Shown piece after piece: positions 50,454-62,676 of a stretch of DNA of 64,000 nt (the first letter of the stretch is position 1; each line of letters begins with the position of its first letter). The notes under the pieces were generated by a model. The model made no database searches and was not told where the DNA came from. It saw only the letters and a list, made by a program, of their open reading frames with translations. The DNA is taken from positions 5,518,001 to 5,582,000 of the forward strand of contig NC_135901.1 of NCBI RefSeq assembly GCF_964194155.1, given 5' to 3'. Position numbers and translations under genes: made by a program. The stretch is from Cetorhinus maximus. Its lineage: Eukaryota.

Positions 50454-50792
50454 TTGTAATATAGTACTCTAGCTACCGTTATATATTTCCAGTCATCGAG
50501 TCATTACAGCACAGGAATGCATTCAGCAACTCAAGTCCATGCCAACCCTCTGTAGAGCTATCCATCCCATTCTCCCTCTATACCCCGTTCTCCTACAAGT
50601 TTATTTCCTTCAAGTGTCCACCAATTTCATTTTGAAATCACTGATCATCACGAGTTCCTCCACCCTTGTAGGCAGTGAGTTCCAGGTCATGCACACTCGC
50701 TCCTAAATAAAGCTCTTCCTTGCATCCTCTCTGTACCTTTAATCAAGTAATGCAGTGTATATTATGCACATTTTAAATCCAGTAATGTTTCC

Positions 50793-50819
<27 letters not shown>
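50793..50819. repeat. (AT)n microsatellite
   Basis: Direct dinucleotide run. Confidence 0.9.
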
Positions 50820-50824
<5 letters not shown>

Positions 50825-51432
50825 CCTGCATAATGATTTCAAAGGCCCCTGTGCCCTGGACAGGAAGCAGTGCACATGGATCTGCTGATCAGCATGAAAT
50901 GGCACCTTCAGGAGATTTGGGAGGTACAGCAGAGTGAGAATGGAGGGACAGTGTGTGGGACAGAGAGTTACTGCTTCTGGGGAATATGAGAGAAAGAATG
51001 TTCCGTAGAAACTAGAATTATGTGTTGTGAATTTTTATCCTGCACTGACAATGATGACTTTTGTAAACTCCTTTTACAGGATATTAGGAGAGGACTTGTA
51101 TCTGGGAAACTCAAACCAAATATCGCATCAAGATTTATTGGATTCATCAGGACCTGAATATCATCAGCCCTTTGAATGTGGAAGGAGAAATGTTCCCCTG
51201 TTCTGTCTGTGGGAAAACATTTCAAGCATCAGTGTGACTGGAAAAGCAATGAGACACAGACAACTGAGTGACAGTGCTCCAGTGCACTGACTGTGAAAAG
51301 AGCTTTAAACAGTTACACAGTCCGAAACAACATTACGCCATTCACAGCGGGGAGAGATTGTACACATGTTCTGTGTGAAGACGAGGTTTCAACTGAGCGG
51401 TTAACCTGGAGGGACACAAGGACACCTGCACC

Positions 51433-52275
51433 ATGGAGAAACCGTACAAATGTGGGGACTGTGGGAAGGGATTCTGCACCCCATCTGCGCTGGAAACTCA
51501 TCAACGCATTCACACTGGGGAGAGGCCTTTCACCTGCTCTGAGTGTGGGAAAGCATTCGCTCAGTCATCCACCCTGCTGAAACACCAGCGAGTTCACTCC
51601 GGGGAGAGGCCTTTCGTCTGCTCTGAATGTGGGAAGGGATTCAGTAATTCATCTCACCTGCTGACACACAAGCGAGTTCACACTGGGGAGAGGCCATTTA
51701 TCTGCTCTGAGTGTGGGAAGGCATTCACTCAGTCATCCAACCTGCTGATGCACCAGCGAGTTCACACCAGGGAGAGGCCATTCACCTGCCCTGAGTGTGG
51801 GAAGGGATTCAGCGATTCATCTGCCCTCCTGACACACCAGCGGGTTCACACCGGGGAGAAGCCTTTCATCTGCTCTACATGTGGGAAGGGATTCCCTCAG
51901 TCATCCAACCTGCTGACACACCAGCGAGTTCACACCGGGGAGAGGCCTTTCATCTGTTCCGAGTGTGGGAAAGGATTCACTCAATTATCCCACCTGCAGA
52001 CACACCAACGTGTTCACAATGGGAAGAGGCCATTCACTTGCTCTGGATGTGGGAAAGGATTCATTCAGTTATGCAACCTGGTGATGCATCAGCGAGTTCA
52101 CACCAGGGAGAGACCGTCCATCTGCTCTGAATGTGGGAAGGGATTCAGAGATTCATCCACCCTGCTGAGACACCAGCGAATTCATACTGGTGAGAGGCCA
52201 TTCACCTGCTCTATGTGTGGGAAGGGTTTCAGTCAGTTATCCAGTCTGCTGAGACACCAGCGAGTTCACAAGTAA
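51433..52275 (+). CDS. C2H2 zinc-finger protein, 10 fingers, 280 aa (locus 9)
   Basis: accATGG start, MEKPYKC..., intact fingers, ending HQRVHK*; acceptor AG at 51078-51079. Confidence 0.9.
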   Translation: MEKPYKCGDCGKGFCTPSALETHQRIHTGERPFTCSECGKAFAQSSTLLKHQRVHSGERPFVCSECGKGFSNSSHLLTHKRVHTGERPFICSECGKAFTQSSNLLMHQRVHTRERPFTCPECGKGFSDSSALLTHQRVHTGEKPFICSTCGKGFPQSSNLLTHQRVHTGERPFICSECGKGFTQLSHLQTHQRVHNGKRPFTCSGCGKGFIQLCNLVMHQRVHTRERPSICSECGKGFRDSSTLLRHQRIHTGERPFTCSMCGKGFSQLSSLLRHQRVHK

Positions 52276-52619
52276 TTACAGGGGTTGGATTTTGCCGTTA
52301 TTGCTGCTGTTAATCATATCCAAGACTGAACCATGTTCATTCTGACAGTTGGTGAAGTGGGAGGATTGGAGATGTACTAGAATGGTGCCAGGGATGAAGG
52401 GGCTTAGAGGAAGATTCAGTCATGGTTTTGAACAGAAAATTGGATCATTATCTGAAGGGGAAAAATTGACAGGGTTATGTGGAAAAGGTAGCGGAATGAC
52501 ATCATGTTCGCTGCTCTTGCAGAGGGCTGGCTCAGACACAATGGGCTGAATGGCCTCCCTTCCGTGTTGTAACCATTCCATCATTCTAGAACACCAGCTA
52601 GATAATTTTATTCAACACA

Positions 52620-53077
52620 GCATGACAGTGGGTAGTACTCTTACCTCTGAGTCAGGAGGTGCTGCGTTCAAATCCCCAACCCAGAGACTCAAGCCCCCAG
52701 AATCCACGGCTGACACCTCCGGTGCCAGTTATGAGGGAGAGCAGTCCTGACGGAGGGACCGTCTTTCCAGTGAGACATTAACCCGAGAGCCCCGTCTGCC
52801 CTCTCAGGTGTATGTAAAAGATTCAATGGCCACAATTGGAAGGAGAGCAGGAGGGGGAGGAGATCTCCCCTGGTGTCCTGGTGCCTGATATTTATCCCTC
52901 AGTCAACATCAGTGAAAACAGACACTCTGGCCATTGCCGTCTGTGGCAGCTTGCTATGCACAAATTGGTTGCCACGTTTCCTACAGTGTGACCACATTTC
53001 AGAAAGTGTTTCATTGGCAGTGGAACACTTTGAGACTCCCTGAGGTGGTGGAAGATGCTTTATAAATGCAAGTTTAT
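52620..53077 (+). mobile_element. DeuSINE-like SINE
   Basis: tRNA-like head with GTTCAAATCC, Deu-like core and tail ...TATAAATGCAAG. Confidence 0.7.
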
Positions 53078-53354
53078 TTTTAAATCAACACGCTCCTATT
53101 CTTACCGGCAGATTGTCCAGCAGGAGCAGGAGCCAGCTGACCTGAGGGTGGGGGGGAGAGGCAGTGCAAGAACTCCCAGTGTGGACCAATCTGCTTCCGT
53201 CCAAAGGCCACTGAATACATTGTGGGAACTGGCTATTTAAAGGGGTTGCCTTATCTTGCTTGTCTGAGAATCCACCCCTTTCCCCCTGTGAAATGCTGGC
53301 TGAGAATAGATTTTGGGGCTGGTCAATGTACTGAGAGTACCTCTGCCATTGAAG

Positions 53355-53880
53355 ATGTTTGTCTGTAAACAATTGATCTCACAAAGCAATGGATGGATTT
53401 ACCGAAACTTGGTACACCGACCATGCAAGAACTGTCCTATGTCCGGTGCAGTTGCGGATCCTGGAATTTTTTTGAAGGATCCGTTCACATTGGGAGATCA
53501 GGAGAATTGACTTTTTCTTTTCAATTGTTGTGGTTTGTTTTATTTCGAATGGCGATTGCTTTCTGGAATGTTGTGGATTGTCTCCGCTGCTGGGGTGGAA
53601 TTTATCACAGCTGTCAAAATATCAGCAGAGTTTTCAGAGCAGGTTGTTGGCTGTGGATTATCCTAAGGCTTCCTTGGTCTTAATAAAAACATTTTTTTTT
53701 TCAGCTTTGTCCTTACAGAGAATGTTTTCATCCCTATTTGTTTGTCTGTCTGTAACAATATATCTTAAAAACTAATGGATGGATTTGAACAAAACGTGGC
53801 ACACAAATAGGCTATGGCCATAGGAAGAAATGATTAGATGTAGTGAACATGCAGACTGGATCCAGGCACTGGATTTTTCA
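53355..53880 (+). repeat. dispersed repeat with two internal copies (possibly Helentron/DINE-like)
   Basis: GTTTGTCTGT...AATGGATGGATTT...AAAC-TGG-ACAC at about 53357 and about 53740. Confidence 0.35.
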
Positions 53881-53944
53881 TATTCAAATACTGGGCCCTG
53901 TTTTCTGCACACAAAAGGAATTTGTCCAAGCATTTTGCCTTTTT

Positions 53945-54242
53945 AATTAAACAGGCACTTGGGGGACAATTGTTCCCTGATGCATTCCCCATGGCAACAT
54001 CTCAACCAATCAGAATCGACTTGCCATTTCTGAATTTGAGCAAAAGCTTGGGGTAACTGTTCCCTGGTGCATTCTCCATGGCAATGCCTCAACCAGTCAG
54101 AGTCCACTTGACAACCAATTAGCACCTTGTTTCTCAGACAGTTTAAACTCAGTTGTTCCCCTTGACATTTGGTATTCTTGCATCTATCCTGATGAGTGCA
54201 AGACGAAAAGCTTTGACAGCATGTCTGTTTTTTCAGCAATAT
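53945..54242 (+). mobile_element. second Penelope-type terminal repeat with hammerhead motif
   Basis: TATC-CTGATGA-GT-GCAAG-AC-GAAA-AGCTTT-GACA at 54185-54218; tandem CCATGGCAA/CCAATCAG units; related copy at about 60520-60685. Confidence 0.6.
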
Positions 54243-54734
54243 TCAAATGTTTAAAAGGATTTGATAACATTGGGAGATTGGTTGAAATAACATTTTTTTC
54301 TCCCCAACAATTTATTGTAAACAAGAACAACAAATTGGCTGAAAAGTCACATACGCTTGCGCTAGCAAATTGGTTAATTTTAGTGGTAAATGTTCACGAT
54401 CTGGACCATTTCTGGATTCAAAAATAAGTTATGTACATGTAGTTAAAAATTCTATTTATGAAATCACACAAACGATCGTTTCTGCTTACTGCGCAAAGGT
54501 AAAGGATTGTACAGGCATCAGCTAATCCCACACTCCCAATAAAGTATATAGTCTGGTGTCAGCTGATTATATAATCAGAAAAATGCTGATGTAATCTTAT
54601 GACATCATCACAATAGAATGTGATGACATCAGCAGATTATGCAATCCCAATGGAAAGGTTTGATTTCAGCTCAATCTTAGACATAAGTAGTGTCATGGGA
54701 AATGTACAGAACTGGACCAGTTTTCTTCAGTCGA

Positions 54735-55232
54735 CAAACTCTGCTGCCCGTCTCCCAACTCACACTCAGTCCCGTTCACCTATCACCCGCTGTGCTCACT
54801 GACCAACACTGGCTCCCACTCAAGCAACACCTCGATTTTAAAATTCTCTTTTTTTTCAAATCCCTCACCAGCATCCTTTTTTTCAAATCACCACATGGTC
54901 TCACGTCCCCCTCTTGCCATCTCTGTAATCTTCTCCATCCCTAAAACCCTCTGAGATATCTGTGCTCCACTAATTCTGGCCTCTTCAATATCCCCAATTT
55001 CAATTGCACAACAACTGGGGGCTTTGTCTTCAGCTGCCTGGGTCCCACGCTCTGGAATTCCCTCCTTAAACCTCTCTGCCCCTTGATCTCTTGTGCTTCT
55101 TTCGCAAACTCCTTAAAACCAAGCTACTGGTCATCTCTTTATGTGGCTCGGTGTAAAATTTTGTTTAGTAATGGCACCTGTGAAGCACATGATTAAAGGT
55201 GCTATACAAATGCAGGTTGTTTTTGTTGTTGT
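54735..55232 (+). mobile_element. L2 3' end
   Basis: HWLPLKQHLDFKIL motif and tail GGTGCTATACAAATGCAGGTTGTT. Confidence 0.75.
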
Positions 55233-55692
55233 GGTTTAATCATGTTCAGCGGAGGTTGCTATTGTTAAGCAGTCAAAATGCTTTGTTGCTGCCTCCTGAG
55301 AGAGCTATAGGAAGGCTGTTGACTACAATTGGCCATGGAATATTCAATGTTTAAATATACAGAGGACTAGAGACATTGTTATGTCGGTCCCTCAGAACTA
55401 AAGAGAAACTTGTCTCTTTAAATATATATGCCAGGAAGAGGCTGAAATGAAATTTGACCCTTTTAACCTGCACAAAGACAGGAAGCTCAGATTCACAGGC
55501 TGCAGGAGTTCATTTGGCCCATCATGCCCGTACCATCTCTTTGAAAGGAATTTCTGATTCATCCAACTGCTCTCCTCTTTCCCTACAGCCCTGCAAATTC
55601 TTCCCTTTCAAATATTTACACCTTGGAAATAAATAATCGAATCTGCTTTCAGGCAGATCAGAACTACTCGCTATGTGAAAAAAATAAAATTT

Positions 55693-56005
55693 ACATAGAA
55701 ACTAAGAGCAGGAGCAGGCCATTCGGCCCTTCGAGCCTGCTCCACCATTCATTATGATCATGGCTGATCATCCAACTCAATAGCCTGCTCCCACTTTCTC
55801 CCCATACCCTTTGATCCCTTTCGCCCCAAGAGCTGTATCTAACTCCTTGAAAACATACAATGCTTTGGTCTCAACTACTTGCCGTGGTAACGAATTCCAC
55901 AGGCTTACCACTCTTTGGGTGAACAAATTTCTCCTCATCTCAGTCCTAAATGGTCTACCCCATATCCTCAGACTGTGACCTCTGGTTCTTGACTCCCCCA
56001 CCATC
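55693..56005 (-). mobile_element. CR1 3' fragment
   Basis: SRTRGHSLRI...FTQRVVSLWNSLP motif. Confidence 0.85.
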
Positions 56006-57802
56006 ATCTCACCCTCTGGATCCTTTGCCAATTATCTTAGAGGGACTCACTTTCTGTTAAACAGCCTGCCAATTCCTTTCACCCACTTTCCCTAAAGTGC
56101 ATAAATCAAATCAAAAGTCCAGCAAAATCAAATATTTTTACTGATAAAATTTATTAATGTAACAGAACACGGTTTAAAAAAAACAGCAAATTACTTGAGG
56201 ATCAAAGACAACCAGAATAAAAGGATGTGCACAATGTTCTGGATCCAAATGGTTTCTTTTTGGCTCCTCTGTACCCTGTCCTCATGACTCCCCACTTTGG
56301 ACACAGGAGCACTGAACCCCGGGGAGGTCACATCACCATCTCTCCCTCCCTGATTGGCTGGAGACCCATTTCCCAGTCAGTCCTCCAGCACCTTCCTGTC
56401 TCTCTCTATTAGTGCGACGTCCGTGGCAGTTTCCCAACTGGGCCACAAGCCCTGTTATTCTCAGCTACATTGAGCCTTCAGCTCCATCGCCTGGCTGTCA
56501 TTCACATGCACAATAGAGAGACAGAAAAGCGTAGGAACTCAAATGGGAACTCAAAACTTTGGCTCTAAACCAACACTGTAACATTTGTCAGTCCTGTATG
56601 TGTTTTTTATACTAGGGTTTTTATTATTAGATTTAGGTGCTGGAGGCAAAGGGTGGGGGCTTTTAAAGGGTAACTTTCCCTTTCTAAGTTTGTATTGTCT
56701 ATCGTGTCAGCAGTGGCTCAGTGGATCTCACTCTTACTTCTGAGTCAGAAGGTTGTTGGTTCCAGTCCCAATCCAGGGGCCCAAGAACAACAATCAAAAT
56801 TGACATTCCTGGTGCCAGCACTGAGAGAGTGCTGCACTGTCAGAGCTGCTGTCCTTCAGACGAGCAATACACCAAGGCCCTGTCTGCCCTCTCAGGTGGG
56901 CGTAGAAGAACCCACAGCCACTATTTCGAAGAAGAGCAGGACAGTTATCTCCAGCAGGGACTGGGAGAGAAATCCTGGGCCCCGGTGCTTTTCCTGTTTC
57001 CAGGCTTCTCCGTGCAACAGAACTTTTAAGGGGCCAGAGAACGAAGACTGAATGGCTCACAGTTGTATCTGTTTGGTCATCAGCAAGTCTGAAGACTCTG
57101 CTGATTGCTGCTTGTCACCACAATATATTTTCAATATCTGCAACGCAACATAATTTTATCACGATATTTCTAACCTCAAAAAACAGCAAGATGAAGCGGG
57201 ATAACAGGTAACTGGACAAAAGGACAATATTGAAGTATATGGAAAAGACTCTTATGAATCATGTGCAGTAAAACAGGTTACTGATTCACACTGAGCTCAA
57301 TCTGCACTCCTGTCCTGGTGATCTCATCGCACAAATCCTGCTCACAGTAAACTTTCACCAGCAACAAAATAAACAGAACTCCAGCCAGGATTCCACCCTC
57401 TTCGCACGATAATTATAGATGACAAAGGCCATCGAGTCCTGTTCATCTCACCTGTCTCCGTACACACATATGAATTAGGAGCAGGAATAGGTCATTCGCC
57501 CCCATGAGCCTGCTCCACCATTAGATAACATTCCCTACATTTCACCAATGGCTACAACTCAAAAGTGCTGAATTGGCTGGAAAGTGATTTGGGGCATTGT
57601 GAAAGGTGCTGTATAAATGTAGGTTTTGTCTTTCTTTCATTATACCTGCATGCAGTGGGAAGAGTGACAGTAGCAATGGTGAAAGTGGAGGCCCATTGCT
57701 GATTATTTAAAGATAATTAATCACCGAGCAATCAACTGATGTTAGCAAAGTGGCTACAAAGGAATCACTACATTTACAAAAACAATTCAAATCTGTACCT
57801 AA

Positions 57803-58240
57803 TCTACCCCCAAAACCCCTCTAGCTCCCCTGAACGTCCCTCCAACCATCCCCCCTACTCCACCAAACTTCCCCGACCTCCCTCCAAATTTCCCCCAAAC
57901 CCTTCCAAACTTCCCCAAATCCCTCCAACTTCCCTCAAAACCTTGACCTACCCCTCAACCCCCCTCCAAGCTTTCCCCAACCCCCTCCAAATTCCCCCAA
58001 CCTCCTGCTAAATTCTCCCCAACAGCCCATCTAAAGTTCCCCCAACCCTCCAAACTTTCGCCAACCCCCTAACTTCCCCACAACCCCTCTCAAAACCTAC
58101 CCCCAACCACCCCTCCAACCTACCCCCACATCCCCCAAACCCCCTCCCACATCCCCCAACCCCCTCCAAACTTCCCCCAACCGCCTCTAAACATGCCCCC
58201 AAACTCCCCCCCCCACACCTCCCCCCCACCCCCTACCCAC
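57803..58240. repeat. C-rich degenerate simple repeat (CCCCCAAAC/CCCTCCAA-like)
   Basis: Low-complexity C/A run; G-rich on the minus strand. Confidence 0.8.
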
Positions 58241-60895
58241 AACTGCATCCAATTGGTTGTAAAATTACAGGGATTTGACTGACTATTTCTCAAGCAGGAA
58301 AACTCTCAGTTTCTGCTGCTGCTGCTTCTCACCTTTGGGCAGCTTTGTGGTTTCCTGGCGGGCTTTTCAAAAAAATTGGAATTGCAAAGCTGCCTGAAGG
58401 TCGGAGGCAGCAGCAGCGACTCGTGAAATTGACCTGACACTGACAGACTGGCTTCGAAAATATCAGAACTCTCAGCCTGACAGATCTGTTTTTTTTAAGC
58501 TGGTCTGTCAGGTCTGTAGCTCTGGCTGCTCAGTGAGGATGATGCAAAACTGTTTGAAACAACGAGCCCAGCCCACACCTACTCACCTCCCCCACCCACA
58601 ACATCCCAGGGCCTGCTGTTTGGCACTGTCTGAACCCCACTCTCCCGGGCCTTGATCCCTGGTGTCTTGGGCCAATATTTATCCTTCAATCAACATAACC
58701 ACAAACATATCATTTGGGTCATTATCACATTTCTGTTTGTGGGATCTTGCCGTGTGCAAATTGCCTGCCGAGTTTCCAAAATTACAACAGTGACTACATT
58801 TCAAAAGTGGCTGTAAAACGCTTTGAAACATCCTGTGGTTGTGAAAGGCGCTATAGAAATGCAAATCCTTGTTTAATTGTCAGCAAATTTGGATGCATTA
58901 CACTCAGTCCCTCATCTCGATCATTCATAAGGATTGAGACCTCATTTTGTGTATGAAGCTCCTGGTTGACACCTTTCCGAATGCTTTTTGAAAGTCCAAA
59001 TACACCACACACAAGATGAGGAATTATTTGTTTTAAAAACACAGCGAATTGTTACAATTTGGAATCCACTGCCTCAAAACCGACTGGAAGTAAATTCAAC
59101 TGTATCGTTCAAAAGGGAACTGGACAGATTCTTGAAAGAAAAAGAAAATTGCAGGGCAATGGGATTAATGGGAAAACTCTTTCAAAGAGCCTCCAATTGC
59201 CTCCTACTGTGCTCTATGAGCCTCATGTGCATTTAAAGGATCTTCAATTGTGGGTGACATATTAAAGCAATCAGTGCCTCCTCTTCTCTGTATGTTTAGT
59301 TTAACACTTAAATCTCCCCTTCACATTCTCTGAAGTGGCAGATGGAGTTTAATACAGGGAAAGTTGAGGTGATGTAATTTGGCAGAAGGGACAGGTAGAG
59401 GCAACACAGATGTAATGGCACAGTTTCAAAGAGTGAGCAGGGACAGAGGGACATGGGGGTTCATGTGCAGAGATCTTTGAAGGTGGCAGGACACAGTGAG
59501 AGAGGAATTAGCAAAGCATGTGGGATCTTGAGCTTCAGAAATAGAGAGCTTGGGTTGGATCTTCGGTACCGAGGTGGGTAGCTTGGATCTGGAAATTTTC
59601 CAATTGCCGGACCTGCCTCGGTTTAAAAGTTCCCAAATGTTGTGATCTTCACTCGGGGGCGGGGGGAGGGGGTGGTGCTTTGAGGTGGGCGGTTATGGAT
59701 CGAGTTGGTTGCTGTGCCACCGGAATCGGAGCTTAGGCGGGTAACAGGATGCCCGAGCACTGAGGTGTGCTGGTTAAAAGGCCCGCCTCCATTCTCTGGG
59801 ACTTGATCCCAGTTGTATTGTAACCTTTTGGAATCTCTGGTCTTCGCCAGTGGCACCCACATGCCAAGAGAATGTTTTAAAAATAAATTAATAGACATGA
59901 TTATTTGGAATAATTGCCCACCCACCAGGGGCAGCAGTCCAACACAATTGCTCCTCACTAAATGCAAGTAAGCCAATTGTAAGCCCCCATCCCACCCCAA
60001 GGCCCTTATACACTCCATGCCAGCTCATGCCAATTCTTGCCCTGGCATGGAGAGCAAGGAATTTAAAAAAGACTTTCGATCATGACAGTTAAACAGACCC
60101 TATCCACCCAACAAGAGTCTTTGCGTCTACTCCATAAAGTCGTGACTTTCACACTATGAATTAACTCCCTTGCAGAAGGCAAAATGGTGCCTGTTTGAAC
60201 TCAGTGCTGAGTTCAGATGGCTCTGCTGAGTTCAGGTTCAACTTGGGTGTGAATCAAGCCCTGCCCCTGTCCCCTACTGGCAAAAATTGGATCTGTGAAA
60301 AATGGGAGTGGGACTTCCGCATCCGGGTCCCACCCACGATTTTTGAAGGTAGGTGAGTCTTTCTGACTCTGAAAATCCAGGTTATTGAGTAAAGAAGCAG
60401 GGAAGTGACATTGAACCATCATAAAGCTCTGATACTCTGAAGCCAAAATGGACATGTCCAGGCATTGCAACATTTTTGAATTCAACTAAATGCTGAGGTC
60501 ACGTGAGGATTCTGGTGAATTCTCCATGGCAACGACTTGACCAATCACAGCTGACTTGCCAACTGATGAGCACCCTTTTCTCACGCAGTATAAATAGTTG
60601 CTCCCTTTGAAATTTGGTGTTCTTGTGTCTGTCCTGATCAGTGCAATATGAAAACTTCGAGAGCATGTCTCTTTTTGCAGCAATAAATGACCTTCATCAG
60701 CTTCTGTGGAACATTTCAGTGGAAATGTGCACTCCCAGACCACTGGAAACAAAGTTGTAAGACTGGCCAGTACAGCAGAAAGAAACCCTTTGACCTTCCC
60801 ACTTCACCAACTGTCAGAATGAACATGGTTCAGTCTAGAATGTGATTGACAGCAGCAATCACAGCAGAATCCAACCCCTGTAATCACTGGTGAAC

Positions 60896-61642
60896 TCACT
60901 GGTGTCTCAGCAGGTGAGATTTCCGAGTGAATCGTTTCCCACACACGGAGCAGGTGAACGGCCTCTCCCCAGTGTGAACACCCTGGTGTCGCAGAAGGGT
61001 GGATGAATCACTGAATCCCTTCCCACACTCACAGCAGATGAAAGGCCTCTCCCCAGTGTGAACTCGCTGGTGTGTCAGCAGGTTGGTTAACTGAGTGAAA
61101 CCCTTCCCACACATGGAGCAGCTGAAAGGCCTCTCCCCAGTGTGAACTCGCCGGTGCTTCCGCAAGATGGATGGATCAGCAAATCCCTTCCCACACTCAG
61201 AGCAGGTGAACGGCCTCTCCCTAGTGTGAGCTCGCTGGTGTCGCAGAAGGTTGCATAATCGACTGAATTGCTTCCCACATACAGAGCAGTTGAATAATTT
61301 GTCCCCAGTATGAACTCGCTGGTGTATCAGCAGGCTGGATGAATCACTGAAACCTTTCCCACATTTGGAGCAGGTGAACGGTCTCTCCCCCGTGTGAACT
61401 CGCTGGTGTGTCCGCAGATTGGAAGAGTTAGTGAATCCCTTCCCACAATCAGAGCAGGTGAATGGCCTCTCCCCGGTGTGAAGTCGCTGGTGTATCTGCA
61501 GGTGGGATAACTGAGTGAATCCCTTTCCACAATCAGAGCAGGTGAACGGCCTCTCCCCAGTGTGAATGCGGCGATGAGATTCCAGTGCAGATGGGGACCG
61601 GAATCCCTTCCCACATTCCCCACATTTGCATGGTTTCTCCAT
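60896..61642 (-). CDS. C2H2 zinc-finger protein, 8 complete fingers plus a truncated 9th, 248 aa (locus 10)
   Basis: accATGG start; premature TGA at the HQR position with the ancestral stop at 60884-60886; acceptor at 61997-61998; putative donor G/GTAAAG at 63349. Confidence 0.85.
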   Translation of the reverse strand: MEKPCKCGECGKGFRSPSALESHRRIHTGERPFTCSDCGKGFTQLSHLQIHQRLHTGERPFTCSDCGKGFTNSSNLRTHQRVHTGERPFTCSKCGKGFSDSSSLLIHQRVHTGDKLFNCSVCGKQFSRLCNLLRHQRAHTRERPFTCSECGKGFADPSILRKHRRVHTGERPFSCSMCGKGFTQLTNLLTHQRVHTGERPFICCECGKGFSDSSTLLRHQGVHTGERPFTCSVCGKRFTRKSHLLRHQ

Positions 61643-62676
61643 GGTTCAGGTGTCCTTGCATTCCTTGAGGTAAGATGTTTAACTGAAGCCTCATCCACAA
61701 ACAGTACACGTGTTCGGTCTCTCCCGGCTGTGAATGATGCAATGTTTCTTCAGTCTGTGTATCTGGTTAAAGTTTTCTCCACAGTCAGTGCATTGGAACT
61801 CTCTCACATGTGTGTACGCGAGCTTCTTGGTGATTTTCCAGACACAGTGACGTTTAAAATCTGTTGAAGCAGACAAAACAAACATTTCTCTTTCTAGTTC
61901 AAAGGCTGATGATATTGAGCTCCCATAAATCAAGTCAGGTCTCGATGTAATGTTTGGTTTGCGATTTCTGTCTGTAAATCCTCCATTTCTAATATCCTGT
62001 AAATGGAGTTAGTTTACAAAAGTCATCACTGTCAGTACAGGATAGAAATTCAGAACACACAAGTCTACTTTCTATGGAACCTTCTTTCCTCTTTCATTCC
62101 CCAAAGACAGTCAATCTCGATCCCACATATTCTCCATCCAATCTCAATCCGCTGACCTAACAAATCCATGCTCATCGCTTCCTGTCCAGGACACAGAGAC
62201 CTGAAAATGTTCAGGCAGGCTGCTAGACATGGAACTCACTGTGTGGTGGAAGTGGAGATGGTCAATGATATGAAAATGAAACTGGGTGTGCACTTGAAGA
62301 AAATAAACTTGCTGGGGAACGGGGATATAGAAGAAGAATAGGACTGACTGGGTTGCTCTACAGAGAATCAGCATGGATTTGAATTACTGAATGGACTCCT
62401 TCTGTGCCATTATGACTGACTCAAAATATATGACATAGCACAGTGCTATGTTACAAGACTAGAAATAATAATAAATTAACTTTATTACAGAATCATAAAT
62501 AACATATCTAATATATACCATATAATAACACCAGGCATATCTCTGTCCTACATTACTTTACTGTCCCCTTAAATGTCAGCCATCTCCTGGGGAATCCACC
62601 ACTTTAATTGTGAACATGAGGAAAGAGGCCATCCTTTTAGCCAGACAAATAAATGTGTCAAGCCGAGGGAGCAAAG

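Noticed and set aside
54563-54634. 16-bp palindrome and small nested hairpin
   Set aside because: Short and AT-rich; could arise by chance and has no supporting context.
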